Shown: positions 39,833 to 50,284, numbered from the stretch's first letter. The stretch: 64,000 bases of DNA from an uncultured Clostridia bacterium (GCA_944376495.1 CALWCW010000068.1:14456-78455); one strand, 5' to 3'. Notes: generated by a model from the letters alone, not told the origin. Translations and numbers: made by a program.

Positions 39833-42070
39833 TTAATTAAATAATTCTTTAATTTTTTTGTCTGAAGATATAATAAGGTCTTTGAGTAATGTAAATCTTT
39901 GAACTGTATAGTTATTTGAAACCATTCTCTTTAAATTTTTTTGTTCGCCAACAATTACGACCATTTTTTTAGCCCTAGTTACAGCGGTATAAATTAGATT
40001 TCTGGTTAAAATCAAACTTGGTCCTGCTATTGCGGGTATTATAACAACATCAAATTCAGAGCCTTGACTTTTGTGAATTGTTATAGCATAGGCAAGTGAA
40101 AGTTGATTAATGTCAGTTCTTGGATAAATACAACGCCTTCCATCTTCAAACATAACAACCATTTCGTTTGTTTGAAAATCAATCATTTCTATAAAACCAA
40201 TATCACCATTAAAAACGCCTTCGCCTTCTTCCTCAATAAAGCCATTTATTTTTTTCCAAACAAGATTATAGTTGTTTGTTGTTTGCATAACTTTATCACC
40301 AACTCTAAAAATATTTTCTCCGACAGGCAATTCAAGTTTAGTTACAGATGGGGGATTTAAACTTGCTTGTAAGGCTCGATTAAGGTTTGATATTCCGCAC
40401 ACACCGGCTTTTAAAGGTGCAAGCACTTGAATTTGATTGCTGTCAAGTCCTGTATATTTTGGAAGCCGTTTAACAACCATATCAACTATTGAATTTTTTA
40501 TACTTTCTAAATCGCTTTTTTCTTCAAAGAAGAAATCTTTAGACGAATTATTGATAAAGGGCATTTTCCCAGAGTTAATAAGGTGAGCGTTAGTTATAAT
40601 CAAACTATCATCACTTTGCCTAAAGATTTTTGTCAGCATGGATACGGTTATAACTCCGCTTTTTAAAATATCATCTAAAACATTTCCTGCACCAACACTT
40701 GGAAGTTGGTCTTTATCTCCAACGAGAATAAGTTTGCAATCTCTAGGAAGTGCTTTGCAAAGATGGTTCATAAGAGCAACGTCAACCATTGACATTTCAT
40801 CAACTATAACAACATTTGTCTTAAAAGTATTATTTTCGTTATAGACAAACCTGCTATTTAATGCTAAATCGCCACTTGCAACCTCCAATGCTCTATGTAT
40901 GGTTTTAGCCTCTTCACCAGTGCTATCACTCATACGTTTAGCAGCTCTGCCGGTTGGTGCTAAAAGCATAAATTTAAGTTTGTGTTCTTTCAAAATTTCA
41001 ATTATACATTTTATTATTGTTGTTTTTCCAGTTCCTGGTCCACCAGTTATGACAGAAACACCACTATTTATAGCATTTATGATTGCGTTCTTTTGCTCTT
41101 CATGAAAAAGAATATGATTTTTTTCTTCAAAATGTAAAATTTCATCTTCTAAATCATATTTTTCTGTTATTTGTGAGTTATTAAGCAAGGTTATTTTTTG
41201 AGCGACTGAAGTTTCGTAGAAATAATATTTGGATAATATTACTATTTCAGTTTCATGATGCCACATTACAAGAACAGTTTTATCAAGCGTAAGTCCGTTT
41301 AATGCATCATCAAACAAATCTTTATTTACATCTTGGTCAAGTTCAAGAAGGGTTGAAGCATTTGATAAAAGCATATTTTTAGGTAAAAACGTGTTTCCCG
41401 TTTTTTCAACAGATTATGTAATAGAATAAATCAGTCCAGCTCTTGCACGATATTCGCTATTTTTGGGTATGCCTAAAGAAGAAGCGATTTTATCGGCGGT
41501 TAAAAATCCAATACCATCAATATCTTCTACAAGTCTATAAGGATTATTTTTTACTATATCAATAGTTTTTGCACCATAAACATCATAAATTTTTAAGGCC
41601 ATATTAGTTGTAATATTATACTTTTGTAAAAACATAACAGAATTTTGAAGTTTTTTAAGTTCCTTAAATTTGTCGCCAATTTCAAGAGCCTTTTTCATGC
41701 TTATATTTTTTACTTCAGCAAGTGAAGACGGGCTCATTTCAATTATATCAAAGGTTTGTTTGCCAAAATGTTTTACAATATTTTTTGCAGTTATTGGTCC
41801 AACACCTTTTATAAGCCCTGAAGAAAGATATTTTTCAATTCCGGAAAGGGTGGTTGGAAGGACAACTTCATAAGAGTTGAAAGAAAATTGATAACCATAT
41901 TTAGAATTGTTGACATATTCGCCTTCCAATGATAAATTCTCACCAATGTTAGCATTGATGAGTTTACCTACGCACACGACAGGTGTTGTTTTAAAATCTA
42001 TAACAAAAACGGTATAACCATTTTGTTCGTTTCTAAAAATGATTTCTTCTATAGGTCCTTCTATTTGCAT
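39833..42070 (-). pseudogene. recD2: RecD2-type (SF1B) DNA helicase interrupted by a single in-frame TAA (41416-41414)
   Basis: Track ORFs 41414..42070 (218 aa, RecD2 N-terminal OB/HhH part) and 39833..41374 (513 aa, VITGGPGTGKTT Walker A, VIVDEMSMVD, ITIHKSQGSEFD) are in the same frame, 13 sense codons apart. Across the stop the reading is ..GLIYSIT-TAA-SVEKTGNTFLPKNMLLSNAS.. The combined length of about 744 aa is typical of RecD2. Confidence 0.8.
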
Positions 42071-42164
42071 AATTATATTTTAATATCAAATGCTTTTAAA
42101 ATCAAGCAAAAAAAGTTGCATTTCAATATTTTTTTATTTATACTATTATAGAGAGTAGAAAAAA

Positions 42165-42548
42165 ATGAAAAGAGCAGAAAAATTAATCGAGATTGAATCA
42201 TTATTAGAAAATTTAATGAAAAGTCGCAGAGATGGAAGTATATTGAGAATGAAAATTTTATTTTTTTGTTCAATTTATGAAAATCTTTCTGTGAGTATGA
42301 TAATAGAGAAGTTGGGTATTAAAAAGACAAATTTTGCACTAATGACAAAAGACCTTGAGAAAGACGGTTGTTTGATTATTAAAAAATCAAGCATGGATAA
42401 ACGATGTCATCTTGTTGAACTTACACAAAAGGGGAAAGAAGAACTTGATAGATATTTAAAAGAGTTTGATAAGGCTTTAGGGCCTACTTCTCCTGATGTC
42501 GATTATGCAGTTGAAGTCTTGAGTAAATTTTTGAATAAACTTGTTTAA
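42165..42548 (+). CDS. Small MarR-like winged-helix regulator
   Basis: 127 aa. ..LSVSMIIEKLGIKKTNFALMTKDLEKDGCLIIKKSSMDKRCHLVELTQKGKEELD fits the MarR wHTH layout. Confidence 0.5.
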   Translation: MKRAEKLIEIESLLENLMKSRRDGSILRMKILFFCSIYENLSVSMIIEKLGIKKTNFALMTKDLEKDGCLIIKKSSMDKRCHLVELTQKGKEELDRYLKEFDKALGPTSPDVDYAVEVLSKFLNKLV

Positions 42549-42709
42549 TCTTTTAATGTTTAGATTTGCAATTTATAAATAATTTAGTTGAAAGATAAAA
42601 AATAAAACTAATAAAAGTAAAAATTATAATTATAAAAGATTAATATTATAAAAGATTAATTATTTTATATATAATTTTCATATATAAATAATAAATATAG
42701 GAGTTTATT

Positions 42710-44080
42710 ATGCTTAAATTTTATAATTCTCTTTCAAGAGAGAAAGAGAAATTTGTTCCACATGATAGGGAAATCGTTAAAATGTATTCTTGCGGGCCAA
42801 CAGTTTATATGCGACCACATATTGGCAATATGCGAGCATATCTTTTTATGGATAACATACGAAGGGTTTTGAAATATAATGGCTATAAGATAGAAGGAGT
42901 TATGAATATCACAGATGTTGGACATCTTACAAGTGATGCTGATGAGGGTGAAGATAAAATGCTTCTTGCAAGCCAAAGAGAGAAAAAAACACCTTGGGAT
43001 ATTGCCAAATATTATACTGATTGTTTTATGAAAGACGTCAAAAAACTCAATGTCGATCTTCCCGAACATATTTGTCCTGCTACATCAGTTATAGAAGAAA
43101 TTATTAGTTTTGTCAAAGAACTTTTAGATAAAGGATTTGCATATGAAACAAGCAAAGGAATTTATTTTGATATTACTAAATTTGCTGATTATGGAAAACT
43201 TGGCATGGACGTTAATAGTAAAAAAGCAGGCGCAAGAATTGCCGTTGATGACGAAAAGAAACATCCAGCAGATTTTGCCCTTTGGATTAAAGCACCGAAA
43301 GAGCATATCATGCAATGGTCAAGTCCTTGGGGAATGGGTTATCCGGGTTGGCACATTGAATGTTCAGCAATAGGAAAAAAATATTTAGGTGATTACATTG
43401 ATATTCATACGGGTGGAATAGATCACAAAACAATTCATCATGAAAATGAAATCGCTCAAAGTGATTGTCTTGAAGGTCATAAGGTTGTTCATTTTTGGAT
43501 GCACCTTGAGTTTTTGCAGATTGACGGCGGCAAAATGAGTAAAAGCCAAAACAATATATTGACAATAGAAGATTTAGAAAATAATGGTTTTAGTGCAGAG
43601 GACTTTCGATTTTTCTATTTCAATGCTCATTATTCAAAACAACAAAACTTTACTTATGATTCTCTTCTTGCATCTAAAAATGCTCTTAAAAACTTTAAAT
43701 TGGCAGTTGGCGAACATAAAAAGTCGAGCGAAAAACTTTCACAAGAAAAAATTAATGAATATGAAAAAGAATTTTTAGAATCTATTAATGATGACCTTAA
43801 CATGCCAAAAGCACTTGCAGTATGTCAAAAACTTTTAAAAGAGAAGAAGAGTCAAGATGTATATAACCTTATTTTAAAATTCAATCAAATTTTAGGGTTA
43901 AATTTTTGTGAAGAGGAAAAAGATTTGCCACAAGAAATAAGGGATTTAGCGGAGAAACGTTGGCAATCTAAATTAGATAGGGACTATCAAACCGCTGACC
44001 AGTTAAGACAAGAACTTTTAGAAAAAGGTTATGTAATCAAAGATAGCAAAGATGGCTACAAAATTCAACTAAAAGATTAA
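42710..44080 (+). CDS. cysS: Cysteine--tRNA ligase
   Basis: 456 aa. HIGNMRAY (HIGH motif), KMSKSQNN (KMSKS motif), and the GWHIECSA zinc site. Confidence 0.95.
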   Translation: MLKFYNSLSREKEKFVPHDREIVKMYSCGPTVYMRPHIGNMRAYLFMDNIRRVLKYNGYKIEGVMNITDVGHLTSDADEGEDKMLLASQREKKTPWDIAKYYTDCFMKDVKKLNVDLPEHICPATSVIEEIISFVKELLDKGFAYETSKGIYFDITKFADYGKLGMDVNSKKAGARIAVDDEKKHPADFALWIKAPKEHIMQWSSPWGMGYPGWHIECSAIGKKYLGDYIDIHTGGIDHKTIHHENEIAQSDCLEGHKVVHFWMHLEFLQIDGGKMSKSQNNILTIEDLENNGFSAEDFRFFYFNAHYSKQQNFTYDSLLASKNALKNFKLAVGEHKKSSEKLSQEKINEYEKEFLESINDDLNMPKALAVCQKLLKEKKSQDVYNLILKFNQILGLNFCEEEKDLPQEIRDLAEKRWQSKLDRDYQTADQLRQELLEKGYVIKDSKDGYKIQLKD

Positions 44081-44161
44081 ATAATCATAATTAAAATATA
44101 AAAAAATTAATTAAAAACAAGAATTAAAAGAAATGAAATCATATAAAAATTACGATTTCAT

Positions 44162-44210
44162 TTTTTTATAAATAACACTTTTTTATAAACAATATTTTTT
44201 ATAAACAACA
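44162..44210 (+). repeat. Three tandem 16-17-bp direct repeats upstream of the ThyX-like gene
   Basis: TTTTTTATAAATAACAC / TTTTTTATAAACAATA / TTTTTTATAAACAACA, directly abutting a TTGAAA hexamer. Confidence 0.8.
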
Positions 44211-44286
44211 TTGAAAAACTTATAGATAAATATTGAAAATTTATAACAAATGTGATAAAATGTATATGATTAAAAAAGGAGATAAA

Positions 44287-45666
44287 ATGGAAATTAAAAT
44301 AAAAATGAAAAGCACTTTAGCAGGTGAAAAAGGGTGCTATTCTAAAGAAGAAGTTGCACAAAAGGTTAGAGAGATAATAGAAGGCTATGGTGTCAATGCT
44401 GATTATAAATATGGGCAAAAGACTTTTAATGAAATATTAATAAATGAGATTTCAAATGAATATGCAAATATTATTCCTAGAGATTTTGATTATGATTTTA
44501 ACCGCTTGGTTGCTGGACTTATGGGTGGAACATGCTATATGCCAGATACTTTTGAAAAACTAAATCAAAAACCAAATGAAAATATTTTAAGAATTGCAGA
44601 TACGGTTGAAAACAATGGACATCATTCAACCTTTGGTCATTCTTATTTAACTTTAGAAATTACAGGATTGCCAAAGGCTTTAGCCATGATACTTAATAAT
44701 GAGCATGAATATAACACAAGTGAAAAATCAGCAAGATACACTGTGATGAAAGATATAGAGCCAGCACAAAATGCTCTTTATAATAAGTGGGTAGGAATTT
44801 TTGAACGTAAAATTCAAGAAAAGTATCCAAATGGTTGTAACAACTTTTTTGATGCTAATGGCAAGAAAGCACACAAACTTGCTCAAGAAAATGCTAGGTA
44901 TATGATTTCCGTATTCACTCCTACCAATATGGTTTACACGACTAGTTTTAGGCAACTTAATTATATTTGTCATTGGATGGAAAAACAGATAGATAAGCCA
45001 ACAAATAAATTTTACGAAACCTTAAAAAACGATATGATGCAGTTTGTTAACTTCTGTAAAGAAAATAAATTATATTCAGAAAAATTATCAGACGGAAAGG
45101 GGAGAGATTTTTCATTATTTGGTGACCCAATTTTAAAGACTGAATTTTCATCAAGTTATCAATGTGCTTATAAAATGAGTTTTGCCGCTCTTGCACAAAA
45201 ACAACGTCATAGAACAATTAATTATCATATTAATAATTTAAAATTCGTTAACGATTTTGAAAAAAATACTGAATTTTATTTGCCACCAATTATTAAAGAT
45301 GACCCAAAACTTGTTGAAGAGTATTTGCGAGATATTTCGTCAGTCGCATGGGCTTTACCACAAGGAACTATGATTGAGGTTGTTGAACGTGGGACCTATG
45401 AGAATTTTATCTTGAAAACTAAAGAAAGGTTGTGCGTTATGGCTCAAAAAGAAATTCGTGATATAACGAGGGAGCAAGCAACCGCATACCTTAAGGCATT
45501 AAAAGAAGATAGAGCAAATTGTAACGATGAAAGTTTATTGCCTATTTATGATAAATATATTGATGAACTTTCTTTGCGCTACTCAAAAGCAAGATGCACT
45601 GCAGGCTATAAATGTAATTCACCTTGTGGATTCAAAGAAGGGGTCGAATTAAGAAGTGACGTTTAA
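44287..45666 (+). CDS. Double-length ThyX-like (FAD-dependent thymidylate synthase family) protein, apparent tandem pseudo-dimer
   Basis: 459 aa from ATG 44287 (AAGGAG RBS). First half: NGHHSTFGHSYLTLEI..ILNNEHEYNTSEKSARY. Compare ThyX HGHETPFEH...RHRIASYNELSGRY; here RHR is replaced by NEH. Second half: LAQKQRHRTINY ... RLCVMAQKEIRDI, with RHR present and the S..S.RY part absent. Confidence 0.55.
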   Translation: MEIKIKMKSTLAGEKGCYSKEEVAQKVREIIEGYGVNADYKYGQKTFNEILINEISNEYANIIPRDFDYDFNRLVAGLMGGTCYMPDTFEKLNQKPNENILRIADTVENNGHHSTFGHSYLTLEITGLPKALAMILNNEHEYNTSEKSARYTVMKDIEPAQNALYNKWVGIFERKIQEKYPNGCNNFFDANGKKAHKLAQENARYMISVFTPTNMVYTTSFRQLNYICHWMEKQIDKPTNKFYETLKNDMMQFVNFCKENKLYSEKLSDGKGRDFSLFGDPILKTEFSSSYQCAYKMSFAALAQKQRHRTINYHINNLKFVNDFEKNTEFYLPPIIKDDPKLVEEYLRDISSVAWALPQGTMIEVVERGTYENFILKTKERLCVMAQKEIRDITREQATAYLKALKEDRANCNDESLLPIYDKYIDELSLRYSKARCTAGYKCNSPCGFKEGVELRSDV

Positions 45667-45686
45667 TTTTAATTAAAATATGTTAT

Positions 45687-45716
45687 AAAAAAATACGGAA
45701 TTTTCCGTATTTTTTT
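45687..45716. terminator. Bidirectional terminator shared by the ThyX-like gene and rplL
   Basis: AAAAAAATACGGAA-tt-TTCCGTATTTTTTT. Confidence 0.75.
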
Positions 45717-45744
45717 GCACAATATTCTTAAGTTTTTATTTGAT

Positions 45745-46116
45745 TTATTTAAGTTTAACAGTTGCGCCAGCTTCTTTAAGTTTAGCTTCGATTTCTTTAG
45801 CTTCTTCTGCTGGAACGTTTTCTTTAATAGCCTTTGGAGCACTTTCAACTAATGCTTTAGCTTCTCCAAGACCAAGTCCAGTAATTTCTCTAACAACTTT
45901 GATTACAGCGATTTTGTTTGCACCAACTTCAGCAAGTTCAACAGTAAATTCTGTTTTTTCTTCAGCAGCTGGAGCAGCAGCAGCTGGAGCAGCAGCTACA
46001 GCAACAGGGGCAGCAGCAGAAACTCCAAAAGTTTCTTCAAGTTCTTTTACAAGTTCAGAAACTTCTAAAACACTCATAGATTTAATTTCTTCAACTAATT
46101 TTTTAATATCAGCCAT
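45745..46116 (-). CDS. rplL: 50S ribosomal protein L7/L12
   Basis: 123 aa. [37 protein letters not shown]...Ala-rich hinge...[19 protein letters not shown]. Confidence 0.95.
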   Translation of the reverse strand: MADIKKLVEEIKSMSVLEVSELVKELEETFGVSAAAPVAVAAAPAAAAPAAEEKTEFTVELAEVGANKIAVIKVVREITGLGLGEAKALVESAPKAIKENVPAEEAKEIEAKLKEAGATVKLK

Positions 46117-46178
46117 TTTAAATTCCTCCTAAATATTTTTTATTTTTATATTTTTATAAATTTTTACATTGTTCAAAA

Positions 46179-46694
46179 TTATTTTGTAGCAATAGCATTC
46201 AATGCTATTGTAAGCCCTTGAACAGGGGCATTGAGAACTCTTGCAAGTGCAGAAACAGGTGCATTGAGAGTTCCAAGTAATTTGGCAATAAGAACTTCTT
46301 TGCTTGGAAGTTTTGCCAAAGATTCAATTTCCTTGCCTTCAACGAAGTTACCATTAAGTAAACCAAATTTTACGGTTAATTTCTTTGTTTTTTCAGCAGT
46401 TTCGCAAGCAATTTTTGCACCACTTACTTCGTCATCATAACTGAAAGCAACCGCACTAGTGCCATGAAGATATTCTTCAGCACCCTTGATTCCAAGTTCG
46501 CCAAGTGCAAGGAGCAAAAGTTTGTTTTTATAAACTTTGTATTCAGCACCGTTCTTTTTGAAGTTACGACGCATTTCAGTATCTTCAGCAACGGTTAATC
46601 CATTATAGTCAACAAAAGTGACAGATTTAGATTTTGAAAGTTTATCTTTTATTTCTTCAACAATCTGTTTTTTTGCTTCTAAATTAGCACTCAT
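46179..46694 (-). CDS. rplJ: 50S ribosomal protein L10
   Basis: 171 aa from ATG 46694 (AGGAGGAAAA RBS; MSANLEAKKQIVEEIKDKLSKSKSVTFVDYNGLTVAEDTEMRR). The track start at 46787 would run through the leader terminator. Confidence 0.93.
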   Translation of the reverse strand: MSANLEAKKQIVEEIKDKLSKSKSVTFVDYNGLTVAEDTEMRRNFKKNGAEYKVYKNKLLLLALGELGIKGAEEYLHGTSAVAFSYDDEVSGAKIACETAEKTKKLTVKFGLLNGNFVEGKEIESLAKLPSKEVLIAKLLGTLNAPVSALARVLNAPVQGLTIALNAIATK

Positions 46695-46870
46695 GAAATC
46701 TTTTCCTCCTTTTAAATTTAAGAATATTGTGAGAAAAAATAAAATCTCTATGCCTTCAGGAAAAAAGACATAGAGATGGAAAACCAAACTATATAACTTC
46801 TTTCCTCGGCAAGCACACGCATGGTGTTTATGTTTTCACACTTGCTGTCTATGGACAAGATTTTATTTTA
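46695..46870 (-). promoter_or_regulatory. rplJL leader (L10-leader-like) with intrinsic attenuator hairpin
   Basis: About 175-nt untranslated leader. A G-U-rich helix GCAAGUGUG/CGUGUGCUUGC is followed by ATCTCTATG...CATAGAGAT plus a T run (46745-46787, minus strand). This is consistent with L10(L12)4-mediated attenuation described for Bacillus. Confidence 0.55.
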
Positions 46871-46878
46871 ACGATAAT

Positions 46879-46907
46879 ATTATACACATAATATTTTAGT
46901 TTGTCAA
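46879..46907 (-). promoter_or_regulatory. Consensus sigma-A promoter of rplJL
   Basis: On the minus strand: TTGACA, 17 nt, TGtgTATAAT. Confidence 0.6.
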
Positions 46908-47084
46908 CATTTTTTATCAAATATTTTCATTTAATTTCAATTTTTTATTTTATTATAATTTATTGCTTAAAAATTATGTTTTAAAAAATAGTTTTTAATA
47001 CCAATTTATTACATAAAAAGACAAAATAAAACTCTAGATTTTGAGATTTCTTTATTTTTAGAGTTATTATTTTTTTTAATTGTT

Positions 47085-47645
47085 TTATTCATTCTCACCT
47101 TGATTTTCTTCAAGTTGTTTAAGTTTTGAGAAAAGTTTTTCACCATTAGATTCTTTTTGTTCTTGCATTTGTTCCAACTCTTTTTTTCGTGCCTCAATTA
47201 TTTTGGTTTCAAGATTTTTGTCGTTAGTAAACATTTCATTAGGTAAATATTTTGCAAGTTCAGGCTCTTTTGCCACTGCTTCTATTATTGGTTGATATAA
47301 TGTATCGTAATAAGTTTTAGTTAAATCACTTATCATTGTTTTTCTTTTGTCATTTGGTAATGTAACTGCCACTCTCGCAAAACTAATTTCAGATTGTAAG
47401 TTTACTAAGTGTTCAGAAAATTTTTCCCAGTCTTTGCCTTTTATTTTGCCAAGTTCAACACCATCTTCTGAAAGAAGTACTCGATCAGAGATTATATCTC
47501 CCTCACGGCATACACCAATCATGAAAGGGTATGTTGCCTGTGCATTTTCTAAATATTTATATTTAGAATCTATATTCATTTCAAAAAAACCTGAATCCCA
47601 ATCTTCCTTTATAAGTTTTAAAGTCCTTTCATCTATTTTATACAT
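47085..47645 (-). CDS. Hypothetical protein
   Basis: 186-aa ORF with an AGGAGGAAA RBS. No family recognised. Confidence 0.6.
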   Translation of the reverse strand: MYKIDERTLKLIKEDWDSGFFEMNIDSKYKYLENAQATYPFMIGVCREGDIISDRVLLSEDGVELGKIKGKDWEKFSEHLVNLQSEISFARVAVTLPNDKRKTMISDLTKTYYDTLYQPIIEAVAKEPELAKYLPNEMFTNDKNLETKIIEARKKELEQMQEQKESNGEKLFSKLKQLEENQGENE

Positions 47646-47791
47646 ATAAATTTCCTCCTAACATAAAAAAAGTATAACATTAATCTAGTTGAAAGTCAAT
47701 ATATAAAACAAAAATATTGATTTTAAACTATTTAATTGACATAAATAAAAATTTGTTTTATTATATTTATAAAATTTAACAAGGAGAGATT

Positions 47792-50215
47792 ATGGACTAT
47801 AATTTTAAAGACATAGAAAAAAAATGGCAAGATAAATGGTTTTATGAAAAGTCATTTAAGGCAATAGATTTTCATCCAACGAAACCAAAGTATTATGTTT
47901 TATATGAATTTTATAACATAAGCGGGAATTTGCATATGGGACATCTTAAAGGGACTATACCTGCTGATGCACTTGCAAGATTTAAACGTTTTAAAGGTTA
48001 CAATGTTTTATTCCCAATAGGCGGTGATGCTTTTGGGCTTCCTGCTGAAAATGCTGCTATAAAAACAGGTATAAATCCTCATGATTTTGTCGAAAATGGT
48101 TTGAATAATGTTATAAATCAATCAAGAAAACTTGGTCTTTCATTTGACTATGATAGAACAATTTGCACTAGTGACCCAGATTATTATAAATGGACTCAAT
48201 GGATTTTCTTGCAATTATTTAATCACGGAAAGGCATATAAAGAGAAATCAAAAGTCAACTTCTGTCCTCATTGCAATACCGTTCTTTCAAATGAAGATAG
48301 TCAGGGTGGCAAATGTGATAGATGTGGAAGCGAGGTTGTTCAAGAGGTTCGCTGGAGTTGGTTCTTAAAAATGAGAGAATATGCTGAAAAGTTACTTGGC
48401 AATATTGATAGAATCAATATGGCAGAAAATCTTAAAGAAGCACAAAGAAATTGGATTGGTAGAAGCGAGGGGACTCAAATCACATTCCAAATATTTAATG
48501 ATAATGATGAAAATATCGGCTCTCTTGATATTTTTACAACTTGTGTTGAAACAGTTTATGGTATAACCTTTGTTGCTTTGGCTCCAGAAAATGAATTGCT
48601 TGACAAATTAAAATCTAATATTAAAAATTGGAATGAAATAGAAGAATATCGTAAGAAAACTGCTTTAAGAACTGAATTTGACCGTTTAAGCGACCAAAAA
48701 GACAAGACAGGTGCTAAAATAGAAGGAATTTATGTTGTTAATCCAATTAATAAGGCAAAAGTTCCTGTATTTACAGCAGATTTTGTATTGGCTGGCTACG
48801 CAACAGGAGCAGTTATGGCAGTGCCATCTCATGACCAACGTGACTATGAGTTTGCTCAAAAATTTAATATACCTTGTATTCAAGTTATAGAAGGCGATAC
48901 AAGCAAATGTGCTGTTGAGAAAAAAGAATATCTTTCTAAAAACAGCAAAATGATGAACTCAGGCGAATTTGATGGTATGAATGTCAAAGAAGCAAAGACT
49001 AAAATTGCTCAAAAATTGATTGATATGGGGGTTGCAGAAAGAAAAGTAAATTATAAAATGACTGACTGGGCTTTCAATCGTCAAAGATATTGGGGAGAAC
49101 CATTCCCTATTGTGCTTTGTCCACACTGCGGAGAGGTTGCACTTGATGAAAAAGACTTGCCTTTAATTTTGCCACAAGTAAAAGATTACTTGCCAAATGA
49201 AAAAGGTGACTCGCCTTTGTCAAAAGCAACTGATTGGGTAAATTGCAAATGTCCTAAATGCGGACGTGAAGCAAAGAGAGAAACTGATACTTTGCCAAAC
49301 TTGGCTGGTTTAAGTTGGTGTTGGCTTCGCTATATTGACCCACATAATAATGAAAAACTGGCTGACTTTGAAAAATTAAAATATTGGGGAAGTGTTGATT
49401 GTTACACGGGCGGAACTGAACACATAACTCGTCATGTTTTATATGCGTTTTTCTGGCAAAACTTTTTATATGAAATTGGTGCTGTTCCAACTCGTGACCC
49501 ATTTATTCGCAAAATGGGTAGCGGACTTATTCTTGATAGTGAAGGTAAAAAGATGAGCAAGAGTTCTGCAAATGGTGTTTCTCCTTTAGAAGTTATTGAT
49601 AAATATGGAACTGATGTTGCAAGAATACACGTTCATTTCTTGGGAGGATATGAGGACAACACTCCATGGACTTATGACGGAATAAATGGCATCACGAGTT
49701 TTCTTGATAGGGTTTGGTCATTGCAGGATATGATTAAGGGCGAAGAAATATCAAATGAGCATATTTACGAACTATCTATTCTCAATAAAAAACTTTGTGA
49801 AGATTATGAAAATCTTAAACTGAACACTGCAATCTCTGCTCTTATGATTTTTGTGAAGAAAGTAAAAGAAGACGGCTTTATCACAAGAGAGGAATTAAGA
49901 CAATTCTTAATCTTCTTAAATCCTTTAGCGCCTCATATTACAAGTGAAATGTTTGAGAGGGTGTTTAAAAAGCAAATTCTTGACCAAACTTGGCCTAGTT
50001 ATGATGAGAAAAATCTTGTTAAATCAAGTGTTGAAATAGCAGTTCAAGTAAACAGCAAAATGGTTGCAAAAGTAAACATAGATACATCAAAATCTCAAGA
50101 AGAAATATTATCGCAGGTTAAAGAAGAGGAGAAAGTTAAGAATGCAATCATAAACAAAAACATTGTAAAAGAAATTTATGTTCCAAATAGACTTGTAAAC
50201 TTGATTGTTAAATAA
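47792..50215 (+). CDS. leuS: Leucine--tRNA ligase
   Basis: 807 aa. HMGH motif (GNLHMGHLKG), KMSKS motif (GKKMSKSSANG), CP1 editing-domain length. Confidence 0.97.
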   Translation: MDYNFKDIEKKWQDKWFYEKSFKAIDFHPTKPKYYVLYEFYNISGNLHMGHLKGTIPADALARFKRFKGYNVLFPIGGDAFGLPAENAAIKTGINPHDFVENGLNNVINQSRKLGLSFDYDRTICTSDPDYYKWTQWIFLQLFNHGKAYKEKSKVNFCPHCNTVLSNEDSQGGKCDRCGSEVVQEVRWSWFLKMREYAEKLLGNIDRINMAENLKEAQRNWIGRSEGTQITFQIFNDNDENIGSLDIFTTCVETVYGITFVALAPENELLDKLKSNIKNWNEIEEYRKKTALRTEFDRLSDQKDKTGAKIEGIYVVNPINKAKVPVFTADFVLAGYATGAVMAVPSHDQRDYEFAQKFNIPCIQVIEGDTSKCAVEKKEYLSKNSKMMNSGEFDGMNVKEAKTKIAQKLIDMGVAERKVNYKMTDWAFNRQRYWGEPFPIVLCPHCGEVALDEKDLPLILPQVKDYLPNEKGDSPLSKATDWVNCKCPKCGREAKRETDTLPNLAGLSWCWLRYIDPHNNEKLADFEKLKYWGSVDCYTGGTEHITRHVLYAFFWQNFLYEIGAVPTRDPFIRKMGSGLILDSEGKKMSKSSANGVSPLEVIDKYGTDVARIHVHFLGGYEDNTPWTYDGINGITSFLDRVWSLQDMIKGEEISNEHIYELSILNKKLCEDYENLKLNTAISALMIFVKKVKEDGFITREELRQFLIFLNPLAPHITSEMFERVFKKQILDQTWPSYDEKNLVKSSVEIAVQVNSKMVAKVNIDTSKSQEEILSQVKEEEKVKNAIINKNIVKEIYVPNRLVNLIVK

Positions 50216-50245
50216 ATATATCATAAAATAAATTAAAAATAAATA

Positions 50246-50284
50246 AAGATGAATTTTATTATATTTAATAATTCATCTTTTTTA
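50246..50284 (+). terminator. Terminator after leuS
   Basis: AAAGATGAATT...AATTCATCTTT followed by TTTT. Confidence 0.6.

Noticed and set aside
42549-42709. T-box leaders upstream of cysS (and of leuS, 47650-47791)
   Set aside because: The intergenic regions are short and almost pure A/T. I could find no specifier hairpin, T-box consensus (AGGGTGGNACCGCG-like) or terminator/antiterminator pair. I noted only a tandem 16-nt AT-rich duplication (TTATAAAAGATTAATA x2, about 42640-42672).
45740-46132. 130-aa plus-strand ORF antisense to rplL
   Set aside because: It is an Ala/Ser-rich mirror of the L7/L12 coding sequence. The minus-strand frame is an unmistakable rplL with a consensus RBS.
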